A stretch of 64,000 nt of DNA from Thermoleophilia bacterium. Its GTDB lineage: Bacteria > Actinomycetota > Thermoleophilia > RBG-16-64-13. The notes beneath the pieces are model-generated. The model searched no databases and was not told the DNA's origin. It saw only the letters and a program-made list of their open reading frames with translations. Below, piece after piece: positions 48,568 to 58,440 of the stretch. The stretch covers positions 37,600 through 101,599 of the forward strand of contig JAXGIS010000004.1 in the NCBI GenBank assembly GCA_040770645.1, written 5' to 3'. Positions within the stretch are counted from its first letter, which is position 1. Each line of letters opens with the position of its first letter. Position numbers and translations under genes: made by a program.

Positions 48568-49569
48568 TCACCCCCGGAAGTGCGGCAACACCTCATCCCC
48601 CAGCAGCTGGATGGCCCGCACCGGGTCCGGACCCAGTGGACCTCCGATGGACACCTGGGTGATACCCGCCTCGAGCAGAGCCTCTATCTGAGGGATGACC
48701 TCCTTGGGAGTACCCACCACGGCCAGCTTCAGCATATCGTCCGTGAGCATGGACTCGGCCCCGGCGTAGTCACCCGCCACGATGCGCTCCTTGATGGGAT
48801 CGAAATCCTGCACCGACAATCCGATGGTATTGAGCGAATCCTCTTCCAAATATGGACCAAAATACGCCACCACCGGCCTGATGGTGGCCTTGGCCGCCTC
48901 CAGATCGTCCGACACCGAGAACCAGCCACAGCCGGCGATGTCGATGGAGCCCGGCTTCCGCCCCGAACGCACCACGCCTTCGTTGATGGCCGCCACCATG
49001 CGTGCCGCCGAGTCGGGAGGCGTGATCATGGGCAGGCTGCCGTCCCCCACTTCACCGGTCAAGGCCAGGTAGTCCTCGCCGAAGCCGCATGGATAGATGG
49101 GCACGTCGGCCCGCTGTGGCGCGAAGCGCAGGTAGCACTGGTCCGTCCACTGGAACTCGCGGCCCTGGTACGCCACCACCTCCCCGCGCAGCAGCGCACG
49201 CACCATCGCCACCGCCTCCCGCGTGCGCTGGATCATGTCGCTGGCCTTGAGGCCGAGCCACTCCACCATCTCACCCGTGTGCATGCCCAGGCCAAGTACG
49301 GCGCGCCCCCCGGACAACTCATCCAGGGTGGCGATGTACGTGGCGATCTCCGAGGGATCGAAGGTATAGGGGTTGACCCCCACAGCGCCGATGGTCATGC
49401 GCTGCGTGTTCTCCGCTACGGCCGCACCCAGGATCCAGCTGTGCTTACGGAAGGTATCGTGCGGGAACCAGCAACCGTCGAAACCCTTCTCTTCCGCCAA
49501 TACCGCCCAGTCCACGAGAGTCCTGGCCGGTGCCAGGTGATCGAGCAAACGAATGCTGAAGGTGGTCAT
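48568..49569 (-). CDS. LLM-class (luciferase-like) flavin/F420-dependent oxidoreductase
   Basis: 333 aa. FDGCWFPHD...LDELSGGRAVLGLG...LKLAVVGTPKEVIPQIEALLEAG. Confidence 0.75.
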   Translation of the reverse strand: MTTFSIRLLDHLAPARTLVDWAVLAEEKGFDGCWFPHDTFRKHSWILGAAVAENTQRMTIGAVGVNPYTFDPSEIATYIATLDELSGGRAVLGLGMHTGEMVEWLGLKASDMIQRTREAVAMVRALLRGEVVAYQGREFQWTDQCYLRFAPQRADVPIYPCGFGEDYLALTGEVGDGSLPMITPPDSAARMVAAINEGVVRSGRKPGSIDIAGCGWFSVSDDLEAAKATIRPVVAYFGPYLEEDSLNTIGLSVQDFDPIKERIVAGDYAGAESMLTDDMLKLAVVGTPKEVIPQIEALLEAGITQVSIGGPLGPDPVRAIQLLGDEVLPHFRG

Positions 49570-49572
49570 CGC

Positions 49573-50307
49573 TCAACTCCTTTGCTGTTCAATGCTCCGC
49601 ACGTACTCACTGATCTCTTCCTCAGCGTGCCGACAATGACGGGTCATGGCCTCTGCGGCCCCGGCGCCATCCCGCGCGATGATGGCCGCCGCCACCGCGC
49701 GGTGCTCGGCCAGAATCCTGGCCGGCCTGCCGGGGATCTCCACCAGGGACCGTCGCACCGCCGATACCACCCGCTCCACGCTCTCCAACACTTCCACCAG
49801 ATAGTGGTTACCGGACATGCCGGCCACCGCAGCGTGGAATGCCCCGTCGGCTTCAACCATGGCGTCCAGATCGTCCATGGACACGGCACCGGCCAGCCGC
49901 TCCACCAGTCCGGCCATTTCCAGAATCTGCTCGGCATTGGCGCGCTCCGCCGCCAGACCCGCCGCCTTCTTCTCCAGCGTCTCCTTGAGCTCAAAGAGGA
50001 GCATGACGTCGTCACGATGGCCGGGGAGCCATGAGAGGCCGTAGCCCAGGCTGGGCTGTATGTAGTCCTCGCGCACCCAGGTGCCCTTCCCCGGCACAAT
50101 GCGCAGCACGCCCATAGTCTCGAGGATGCGTATGGCCTCACGCAGAGACATGCGACTGCAACCGAGCAGCCCCACCAGCTCGCGCTCCGGCGGCAGACGC
50201 GACCCCAGAGCCAAAGAGCCGCCGTGGACCAATTCCAAGAGGCGCTCAACTGCCACGTCCGCTACGCGGGCGGGTTTGCCGGCGGCAAATAGGGAGATCG
50301 GCTGCAT
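49573..50307 (-). CDS. GntR/FadR-family transcriptional regulator (FCD domain)
   Basis: LPPERELVGLLGCSRMSLREAIRILETMGVLRIVPGKGTWV plus a helical C-terminal FCD-like domain. Start taken at MQPISL. Confidence 0.8.
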   Translation of the reverse strand: MQPISLFAAGKPARVADVAVERLLELVHGGSLALGSRLPPERELVGLLGCSRMSLREAIRILETMGVLRIVPGKGTWVREDYIQPSLGYGLSWLPGHRDDVMLLFELKETLEKKAAGLAAERANAEQILEMAGLVERLAGAVSMDDLDAMVEADGAFHAAVAGMSGNHYLVEVLESVERVVSAVRRSLVEIPGRPARILAEHRAVAAAIIARDGAGAAEAMTRHCRHAEEEISEYVRSIEQQRS

Positions 50308-50724
50308 GAACTCCTTCTGTTGATGGAGCCTCGTGTTGTTGGACACCACTGCTATCGGACCACAGGGGCCGGAATCAGAACCTGTGGACTGATTATGGGT
50401 AAGGATGAAGGTGGTGTCAATGGCGGCGAGTCAAGCGCAGACTCCGAGCTTGACCGGCAAGCCCATCGCCCGGACTTCAAAACCATGGCCGAGCGCCCCG
50501 TGAATTGCTCCAGCACCACCCCTCCAAGGAGCACGAACATATGCCGGCGACCCAGACGGGCCCACTTCTGTCGACCCCTTTCACAAAAGACAAGAAGAGC
50601 TGGAAGTTACGAATGACGGGGAGCGGGGAATGGGTTGACGCGGGGCAGGGTGACTGCGCGGGCCTCTATCGCCCTGATCCACCCAGGAAGCCGGGGGGCG
50701 TGACCCAAGGGGAGGGGGAACGAA

Positions 50725-51960
50725 ATGGCGGGCAACAGCAGGCATGATGTCATGGGTGCCACCGACGAACGGCACCAGGCGGCGTGCCGAGCCTACCTCG
50801 ACAACGCGTGCATGGGGCGGCCGGATGCGAAGGTGCTGCACGAAGTCGGTTCCCTGCTGGCAAAGTTGAGCCGGGCCACCCAGTCGCCCACAGACCTCAC
50901 CGTGGACCTCTATAGCTACTACGCCCGGGCGCGCAAAGCGGTGGCAGGGTTGGTGGGGGCCGACGAGGATGACATCGCGCTGGTGGAAAGTACGTCGCAC
51001 GGGCTGGGGTTGATGGCGGCGGCGCTGCCGTTGCGCCCCGGCGATAACGTCTTGGTGTGCGACCTGGAGTTCCTGCCCACAGTGTTGTGCTGGCAGGCCC
51101 GCACCCTCAACGTGGACTTTGAGGTTAGGTGCGTGCCCACGCGGGGTGGGCAGGTGCGCCCCGAGGACTTCGCCGCCCTGGCCGACAAAAGAACGCGGGC
51201 CCTCGCCGTCAGCGCGGTACAGGAGATCAACGGGTTCCGGGTTGATGTGCCGGCACTGGCCGACGTGGCCCACAGCCTGGGAGCCGTGCTCATCGTAGAC
51301 GGCGTGCAGGAAGTGGGAGCCATGTCCGTGGACGTCACCCGCTCCGGTGCCGACGTGTATTGCGCCGGAGGACACAAGTGGCTGCGCAACCCTCTGGGCA
51401 TGGGCTTCCTCTGGCTGGGCCCACGGATCAAAGACGTGCTCGAGCCCCCCGCCTACGCCTACTTCAACCTTATGGAGCCGAACGGCGGGTGGGGCGAATA
51501 CCTCACCTCACCCCTGCGCAGCCCGTTCGATCCCCTTACGGTTACCAAGACGGCGGCCCGCTTCGAGACCGGAGCCTACGGCAACTTCGGCGGAGCCCTG
51601 GCTCTGGCCCTGAACGCGGAACGCCTATGTGACGAAGGGCCTCGCGACGTCGAACGGCGGGTGCTGGAGCGGGGCGATCACCTGCTCGCCGGTCTGGAGC
51701 AGCGCAGACTGCCGGTGGTTAGCCGACTGGAGCCGGAGCACCGGTCGGGAAGCATCACCTTCCACATGCCGGGAGGACGGGAACAAGAACTGGCGCTGAG
51801 CCGCCATTTAGACTCAAAGAACGTGTTCATCGCGGTGCGATACACCTCCGGCATCGGAGGCGTCCGTGTCTCCCCCCATTACTTCACCGACCTCGATGAG
51901 ATAGACACTTTCTTTGCCGAACTCGAGTGGTTCCTGGCGAAGGGAGGCCCCATGGTATGA
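50725..51960 (+). CDS. Class V aminotransferase-fold PLP enzyme (cysteine desulfurase/selenocysteine lyase-like)
   Basis: YLDNACMG...VSAVQEINGFRVDV...IVDGVQEVGAMSVDV...DVYCAGGHKWL (PLP lysine). Confidence 0.7.
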   Translation: MAGNSRHDVMGATDERHQAACRAYLDNACMGRPDAKVLHEVGSLLAKLSRATQSPTDLTVDLYSYYARARKAVAGLVGADEDDIALVESTSHGLGLMAAALPLRPGDNVLVCDLEFLPTVLCWQARTLNVDFEVRCVPTRGGQVRPEDFAALADKRTRALAVSAVQEINGFRVDVPALADVAHSLGAVLIVDGVQEVGAMSVDVTRSGADVYCAGGHKWLRNPLGMGFLWLGPRIKDVLEPPAYAYFNLMEPNGGWGEYLTSPLRSPFDPLTVTKTAARFETGAYGNFGGALALALNAERLCDEGPRDVERRVLERGDHLLAGLEQRRLPVVSRLEPEHRSGSITFHMPGGREQELALSRHLDSKNVFIAVRYTSGIGGVRVSPHYFTDLDEIDTFFAELEWFLAKGGPMV

Positions 51961-52546
51961 GGCGGGAAAGCCAGGCCGATTGGTCCTTCTGAGCTTCCGC
52001 CACGTCGCGGCGGTTGTAGAGCCACCTGAGTTCTTGCGGACAATCGTTGTTGGCCTTGCGGGGCAGGTGGTCGAGGGCGTTCCTTAAGGAAGTGCACATA
52101 ACAGCGCTGCCAAGGGGCTTCGGGGAGCATCTCCATGAGGCTTTTTCTCAGGCCCTCGGGGGGCATCTTAAGACCACGAACTCCACGCCGTGAAGACCAC
52201 GCTCTCTGAATGAGGCCGGGAAGTCCCGCCGGCTGGTCCGAGACTCCCGACCGGCGAGTTCCACTCCCAAGACCTGGCAGTGGCTCTGACGGCTCTCAGT
52301 GTGCTCTTTCGACTCGGCGCCTGGAGCGTTGGTATCTCCGCCTCGAGGGATCTGCTGCAGGGCCTCTCGTACGATCTCGCGCAGGAAGTCCTGATCCTCG
52401 GTGACCAGGGCTTTGGGGTTCACGCGGCCTTGAGTACTCTTGTCTTGGGTCGTGGTGTGTTCCCTCTCGTGGGGGTCATTGGTCATCACGTGCATGCCAT
52501 GACCTTCTCTTCCTTCCTTCCTTCCTCCAAGAACTTCTGCACACAA
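51961..52546 (-). mobile_element. IS256-family (mutator-type) transposase remnant, internally deleted and truncated
   Basis: N-terminal LVTEDQDFLREIVREALQQI joins directly to ...RDFPASFRERGLHGVEFVV. The next fragment is LPEAPWQRCYVHFL(R)NALDHLPRK...ELRWLYNRRD in shifted frames. No intact ORF. Confidence 0.7.
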
Positions 52547-52547
52547 G

Positions 52548-53012
52548 TCAGCACACCATCGCTCCTCTTGTCTGCGCGATCCCCTTCATCTCTGCCCTCA
52601 GCGGCGCTCCGACATCGATTTGGCCTGCCGCGATCTCCTGCATCATGCGGTGCAATCTGGAGCCCTTGATGTTCCACTGCCTGTCTTTGAACGCCACCGT
52701 CTGGAACTCTTCCCCTCCGCCCCAAACGGTCAGCACGTCTCCCGATGTGAGCGTCACCTCGGCCACCGCCGGGTGTGTGGTCCCGAAGTCGTCGGCCAAG
52801 CTCCGAGCTTCAGCGTAGTATTCGACCAAGCGCTTAACCTCGGCAGCGGTCGCCGGCCTCCAGTTCGTATCTCCGACACCGGGTTGGCCCAGTCGCACCT
52901 GTTCGATGTCATCGAGAGACAGCCGAGGTTGGTCACCACAACCGCCGAGCACGGCAAGCAACGCCATCGCCAGCAGGGCAAGAAGCCCGCAGATGCGGCG
53001 CTTCGTTCTCAC
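52548..53012 (-). CDS. Hypothetical lipoprotein
   Basis: GTG at 53012 gives (M)RTKRRICGLLALLAMALLAVLGGCG, a lipobox. No recognisable family. Confidence 0.5.
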   Translation of the reverse strand: MRTKRRICGLLALLAMALLAVLGGCGDQPRLSLDDIEQVRLGQPGVGDTNWRPATAAEVKRLVEYYAEARSLADDFGTTHPAVAEVTLTSGDVLTVWGGGEEFQTVAFKDRQWNIKGSRLHRMMQEIAAGQIDVGAPLRAEMKGIAQTRGAMVC

Positions 53013-53055
53013 GGGGCGAGATACCCTGTTTGTGCCCACCGCAGTGTGGATGGGA

Positions 53056-54027
53056 TCAGTAGCTCTGCTGCTGCAGGACTCGTCCACTTACGGCCTCGAG
53101 ATAGACGACACCACCGAGGGTGATGCCGGAGGGATCCGTCCCCACCAAGGCGAGGCGCCAGATGAGCATGGTCTCCCCGTCGGTGACGGCGGGAGCATTG
53201 GTCCAGGTGAGGGTGGCCTCCTTGGTTGTCAGGTGCAGGTCGCCGGCCTTGAGCGGTGTGTCTGACTGGAGTTGTGCCCTCGGCAGGTCTCGCTCCACGA
53301 TGAGATCATGAGCAATCTTGATCGCCTCCTCCCGGGAGATGGCGTCAGAGCCGTCCCCCGGCACCTCTCCGGCTCCGGCATGGAAGGCGAATAGGAGGAG
53401 CGTTCCGTCCTTGTGGGCCAGTCTCAGGTCGATACGGCTTCCGTTGAGGATGCCTGCCGAGGTGTGGCCCACCCACGACCAGCGGTGCGCCGTGGTATGG
53501 GACAGAGTCATGTCGTCGCGGAGCTCGGAGGTGAAGTGGCCGGCATCGAGAGCCGCCTGGTCCCAACCAAGCAGAGCCAGTAGAGCGTCGGCTCTGCTCG
53601 TCAGTTCGTAGCCAGGCGGTGGCTCAGCACTCGGGGCGGCCGATGCGGGGGTGTGGGAGATGAGGACGATGCGACCGGTGGCGCTGTCGAACTCGGCAAA
53701 TCCTCCCTCCCAGTGCAGGGAGCTGTCGGCGGCGGGAAGCTCAGCCTCACCCCTGCGCAGTTCAATCGCCCCCGCGGATAGCCCTACAACGGCACAGATG
53801 CGCTCGATGGCAGAAGCCACCGGGTCCGGCAAGAGCGGCTGGGAGCTGGTGGGCGGACTCACGGTGGTCGATTCGCTCTCGGTGGTCAATTCGCCAATCG
53901 AAGAGGGGGCGTGCCCGGACGAGGGCTGGTCGGCGACCGGCCGGCCGCTGCCGCAGCCGGCGATCAGAGCCGTACAGAGCAAGGCTGCGACCGTCGCAAG
54001 TGGCCAACGAAGTGCCCAACGCTTCAT
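53056..54027 (-). CDS. Hypothetical lipoprotein (possible PepSY-like segment)
   Basis: MKRWALRWPLATVAALLCTALIAGCGSG lipobox. ISREEAIKIAHDLIVERDL resembles a PepSY-type motif. Confidence 0.5.
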   Translation of the reverse strand: MKRWALRWPLATVAALLCTALIAGCGSGRPVADQPSSGHAPSSIGELTTESESTTVSPPTSSQPLLPDPVASAIERICAVVGLSAGAIELRRGEAELPAADSSLHWEGGFAEFDSATGRIVLISHTPASAAPSAEPPPGYELTSRADALLALLGWDQAALDAGHFTSELRDDMTLSHTTAHRWSWVGHTSAGILNGSRIDLRLAHKDGTLLLFAFHAGAGEVPGDGSDAISREEAIKIAHDLIVERDLPRAQLQSDTPLKAGDLHLTTKEATLTWTNAPAVTDGETMLIWRLALVGTDPSGITLGGVVYLEAVSGRVLQQQSY

Positions 54028-54107
54028 GCCCTACCCCCCGATCGTGCCTAAACACCCGAGATACTTTTCTTGACGTGACTACCAGCTGTGAGGTGCCCAG
54101 CTGCCAA

Positions 54108-54190
54108 CGCCGGTTGAAACCTGAACACTGATCGCCGGTCGAAAACTGGACACATCAAAGCCGCGATTCGCCGGTTCAACTCCGAAGCCA
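54108..54190. repeat. Three imperfect ~22-bp direct repeats
   Basis: CGCCGGTTGAAACCTGAACACT (54108), CGCCGGTCGAAAACTGGACACA (54133), CGCCGGTTCAACTCCGAAGCCA (54169). Confidence 0.7.
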
Positions 54191-54438
54191 CTGGGCTCAA
54201 TCTTCTTGTCCTGCCTGCATGAGCTCCCAGCCTCTGCCCTTCAGGCGGTAGCTCTCTCCCCGCATGACGAGAACTTCCGGTTGTAGACCAGCCGATCGAA
54301 AAGAGCGGCCACGGCCACCGGATCCCCACCCGAGCGGTCTTTGGTCTCCTCTTTGCCTCCAATGGGCGGCAAGGGGTAACCTGTCCTCCAGACAGGAAGT
54401 CGGGAGGAGCGGAAGACCGCCGAGATGCCGTCCGCAAC

Positions 54439-56082
54439 GTGAGATCGCTGTTCGGAAAAAACCACCGGCAAACCACGGCCGGAGAGAATGGCCCCAACGC
54501 GTTCGCGGCGTTCCGCCACCTACTCAAGGATCGCAACTTCCGATTCCTGTGGATAGGCCAGGGGATATCCCTCCTCGGCGACCAGCTATACGCCGTGGCC
54601 CTCCCCTGGCTGGTTCTGCAGTTGACAGGCAGCGCCTTGGCCACCGGTTCGGTGCTGGCTCTGGTCGCGGTGCCCCGCGCGGTGTTCATGTTGTTGGGCG
54701 GCGCCCTCACCGACCGCCTGTCACCCCGGCAAGTCATGCTCGCCTCCAATCTGGGGAGGCTGGCTTTGGTGGCCACCCTCTCCGTCCTCACGCTGACCGG
54801 CCTCGTGCAACTCTGGATGCTCTATGTCTTCGCTCTGTTATTCGGCTTCGCCGACGCCTTCTTCTTCCCCGCGCAGGGGCGATGCCGTCCCCGGCTGGTG
54901 GGCCTGGAGGGCCTGCAGGTGGGGAATGCGGTGATCCAGGGCACGGCGCAGTTGGCCATGTTCGTAGGGCCCACCTTGGCCGGACTGCTCATTGCTCTGC
55001 TGGATGCAAAGGCCGCCTCCGGTTCGGTACCAGGCAGCGTAGGCATTGGGGCGGCGCTCGGGCTTGATGCCCTCACCTTCATCGCATCGGTAGTGGCCCT
55101 GTCGCTCATGCGCTTGAAACCTCGAGAAGCCCCGGCCGAAGACTCGCCCGAGGAGACAGGCGTGTTGCGCTCCATCTTGGAAGGCCTCTCCGCCATTTGG
55201 GAGGACAAGATCCTGCGCTACTACTTCATAGTGATCGCGGTGGTCACTTTTCTCCTACTCGGCCCCTTCACCGTGGGAATCCCGGTGTTGGCGCACGGCC
55301 GCTACGCCGAGGGAGCTATGGCCCTGGGCACGATCCTCTCCAGCTTCGGCGGCGGTTCGCTCGTGGGTATCGCGCTCGCCGCCGCGGCCCCCAAGCCTCC
55401 GGGGCGCGCGTTCCCGGCCGTGATGCTGACGATGTGCTCCCTCCTGGGTATAGGGCTGATCCTCTTGGGCCTGACTGTCGCCCTGGCCCCCGCAGCCGTG
55501 GCGGCTCTGATCATGGGACTGGCCGAAGGTTATGTGATGATCCAGTGGATCACCTGGATGCAGATCAGAACCCCCGCCCACATGCTGGGCCGGGTGATGA
55601 GCGTGCTCATGTTCTCAGTGGTGGGTCTGGCCCCGCTCTCCAACGCCGCCGCCGGAGCGCTGATCCAGTTGAATCCCACGGTGGTCTTAGTTGGTGCCGG
55701 TGGGCTTATTGTATTGGTGGTGGCAGCGGGCTCGCTCAATCCCATGGTCTGGGAGTTCGGGCAGGAGGCCCTGGTGCACGTGCACACGGGACTCAGGGAT
55801 CTCAGGGATCTTAGGACCCCAGAAGAGCCGGCTCCCAATCGCGCCCACTGCCTCCAAACACCGACTACGCTCAGGAGGCGGCTGGGGTCGCCCCCTCACC
55901 CCTCCATCACCCTGGCGAAGTTGGACCAACACACCCTCTCCACCTGCCGCTCGGTGAGGCCGCACGCAGCAGCGTCTCGGCGATCTTGGGGTAGTCGGCC
56001 ACGCCCTCCAGGCCGGCGGGCATGCTCTCGATCCCGTCGAGGTCCCCGCCCAGCCCGATGCACTCCTCGCCCCCCACATTGA
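54439..56082 (+). CDS. MFS transporter (EntS/MFS_3-like); ORF tail beyond ~55770 is probably not genuine
   Basis: FRHLLKDRNFRFLWIGQGISLLGDQLY...LGGALTDRLSPR and 12 TM-like segments up to ...VVAAGSLNPMVW. The last ~100 codons are non-membrane, low complexity, and antisense to the dipeptidase gene. Confidence 0.7.
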   Translation: MRSLFGKNHRQTTAGENGPNAFAAFRHLLKDRNFRFLWIGQGISLLGDQLYAVALPWLVLQLTGSALATGSVLALVAVPRAVFMLLGGALTDRLSPRQVMLASNLGRLALVATLSVLTLTGLVQLWMLYVFALLFGFADAFFFPAQGRCRPRLVGLEGLQVGNAVIQGTAQLAMFVGPTLAGLLIALLDAKAASGSVPGSVGIGAALGLDALTFIASVVALSLMRLKPREAPAEDSPEETGVLRSILEGLSAIWEDKILRYYFIVIAVVTFLLLGPFTVGIPVLAHGRYAEGAMALGTILSSFGGGSLVGIALAAAAPKPPGRAFPAVMLTMCSLLGIGLILLGLTVALAPAAVAALIMGLAEGYVMIQWITWMQIRTPAHMLGRVMSVLMFSVVGLAPLSNAAAGALIQLNPTVVLVGAGGLIVLVVAAGSLNPMVWEFGQEALVHVHTGLRDLRDLRTPEEPAPNRAHCLQTPTTLRRRLGSPPHPSITLAKLDQHTLSTCRSVRPHAAASRRSWGSRPRPPGRRACSRSRRGPRPARCTPRPPH

Positions 56083-56966
56083 TGGCGTGTTTGACGTGTG
56101 CCGCCACCACGTCCAGCGGAGGCCGCGGGATCGATGCGGTAGCCCGTGCCAACTCCTCGTGGGCCTCCTCCTGCTCTTGGTCCCCGAACGTACCGCCGTC
56201 CAGAACGATTCCCGGGCGGGGTTTCCTGATCATAGTAGAACTGAGAAGGAAGCTGGAACTCAGGTTGATACCCATGACGCCACCACGCTCGGCCAGGGCG
56301 CGGATCATCTCGTCGGTGAGGTTGCGCGGCGAACTGCACACGGCTCGGCAGTTGCTGTGGCTGGCCACGAGCGGACGCGAAGCCACCCGGCAAACGTCCC
56401 AGAACGCGGTATCGGAAGCGTGGGAGATGTCAACCATCACCCCCAGCTCTTCGCAGAGCTGCACGAGTTCCTCTCCCCTGCGCGTGAGCCCACCACCGGC
56501 ACCGAAGGTGGTGCCGCAGAAGGGATTATCGTCCCAGGCCAGAGTCAGAGGCGGACACCCTGCTTGTGGAAGTCGGCGACGGCTTCGCGTCGCCTTCCAG
56601 CGGATCGGCGCCCTCCAGGGCGATGATCGCGGCCATAGGCCCGGCTGTGCGCCCCGCCCCAGCACGCCCATCGGAGAGCGGCAGCGCCCCTCCTCCGACA
56701 CCACCAGATCGCCCGCATGGACGCGGCACAACTCGTGCACGGCCGCCACCACCTCCAGGCCCCGCTCGCGCGATCGACCGGGGTTGCGCGCCTCCAGCAC
56801 GGAGCAGGCGAAGACCTGGGCGCCCATGCCGCCGCCCGCATGCCGTCGAGCGTGACGTGGAGTCCCCGCCGGAGCCGTGTTCGAAGTCGGCTCCCTCATC
56901 CAAGACCTTGAGGATGGTGTCACAGTGGGCATCGAAGAACATGACGATCCTATGTTCGTGGTTCAT
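55896..56966 (-). pseudogene. M19 membrane dipeptidase-family protein, multiple frame disruptions
   Basis: MNHEHRIVMFFDAHCDTILK...; GMGAQVFACSV...; LCEELGVMVDISHASDTAFWDV...VASHSNCRAV...GLGGDLDG...; the C-terminal LTERQVERVCWSNFARVMEG is in yet another frame. Confidence 0.7.
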
Positions 56967-57029
56967 ACTGAGGCAGGCTGGATCGGCGCGGGTAGGGTCG
57001 GCGGGGCGGCAGTCGCGCTACGGGTAAGC

Positions 57030-58379
57030 TCACGGCCAGCCCCCGCGCGCGGTCTCCTTGTACTTGGAGCGCATGTCGCGCCCGGTGGCCTTCATGGCGG
57101 CGATGGCCCGATCCAGCGGCACGCGGTGGGAGCCGTCGAGCAGGGCCAAGCGCGAGGCATTGATGGCAGTGACGGCGGCCATGGCGTTGCGCTCGATGCA
57201 TGGGACGTCACCAACCCGGCCACCGGATCGCAGGTCAGCCCCAGACTGTGCTCGGTGGCGATCTCGGCTGCATTCTCCACCTGCGCGGGCGTGCCCCAGG
57301 CCTCGAAGATCCCCCGCTGCGGCCATGGCGGCCGCCACTCCGATCTCGCCCTGACAACCGATCTCGGCCCCCGAAAGCAGTCTGCTCACGAAAGACCGTG
57401 CAGATGCCGGCGGCCGCCAGCAACGAACGGCGCTCGCCGTCGGGCGAGCGCACCTGATAGAACCGTCGATAGTAGCGCAGGACTGCAGGCAGCACGCCCG
57501 ACGAGCCCCCGGTGGGAGCCGTCACCACTATGCCCCCGCCGCGTTCTCCTCGGCCACGGCCAGCGCATACAGGTCCACCCATCGGCCACGCAGAGGGGGC
57601 ACCCACCAAGTCATCCTGCCGATGCCTAAGGCGCCGATAAAGCAGCGGGGCGCGTCGCGGCAGCTTGAGCGGACCGGGCAGCACGCCCTCGGCCACTGCC
57701 CCTCGATCGATCGCCGCCATCATGCGCTCTATCACCAGGTCCAGGTAAGCATCCACTTCCTGGTGCGGCCGCCAGGCACACTCGTTCGCGCAGACGATGG
57801 AGCTCACCGAAAGGCCGGTTTCCCGAGCCCTAGCCAGAAGCTCCGCGGCGGTGAAGAAGGGGTGGGCAGAGGCACGTCCGGTAGCGGCGGTGGAGCGATC
57901 TGCCGACCGGTCTCGTCGGTCACAAAACCGCCCCCCACCGACGCATAAGTCCTCGCGATCACCGCTTGGCCGCCGAAGTCCCACGCAGTCAGAGTCAGCA
58001 TGTTGGCATACGGTCCGGGGCCCTTGTGCCGGTTGAAGACGAAATCGGTCTCAGGATCAAAGCCGACTTCGTGCGTACCGCACAACCGCAACGGAGTCCC
58101 GGTGAGGATGCCCTGCACGCGCTCGGCCGCCCGCTCGGGCTCCACGGTTTCGGGATGCTCCCCTTCCAGACCCAACAAGACCGCACCCATGGTCCCGTGC
58201 CCCGCACCCGTGTACGCCAGCGAGCCGAACAACTCCACGCGCACCCGCGCGACTCGCTCCACGAGCGAGTCGCGGATCAGGGCCGCTGCGAAGTCCGCCG
58301 CGGCCCGCATGGGACCTATGGTGTGCGAACTCGAGGGCCCCGGTCCAACAGAGAACAAGTGGGTGAGGCTGAAACGCAC
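57030..58379 (-). pseudogene. sdaA: L-serine dehydratase (iron-sulfur, single-chain), multiple frame disruptions
   Basis: MRFSLTHLFSVGPGPSSSHTIGPMRAA...; middle IVVTAPTGGSSGVLPAVLRYY; C-terminal [20 protein letters not shown]...[14 protein letters not shown], in three frames. Confidence 0.75.
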
Positions 58380-58440
58380 GCTCAGTCAACTCCCGGAGTC
58401 GGGGTCCGTCACTTCGGACGATTCTACTCTGTCCAGTGCG

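Noticed and set aside
54048-55067. ORFs 54048-54791(-) and 54264-55067(+), Arg/Pro-rich.
   Set aside because: They overlap the MFS transporter gene and its upstream region. Composition is typical of out-of-frame GC-rich translation.
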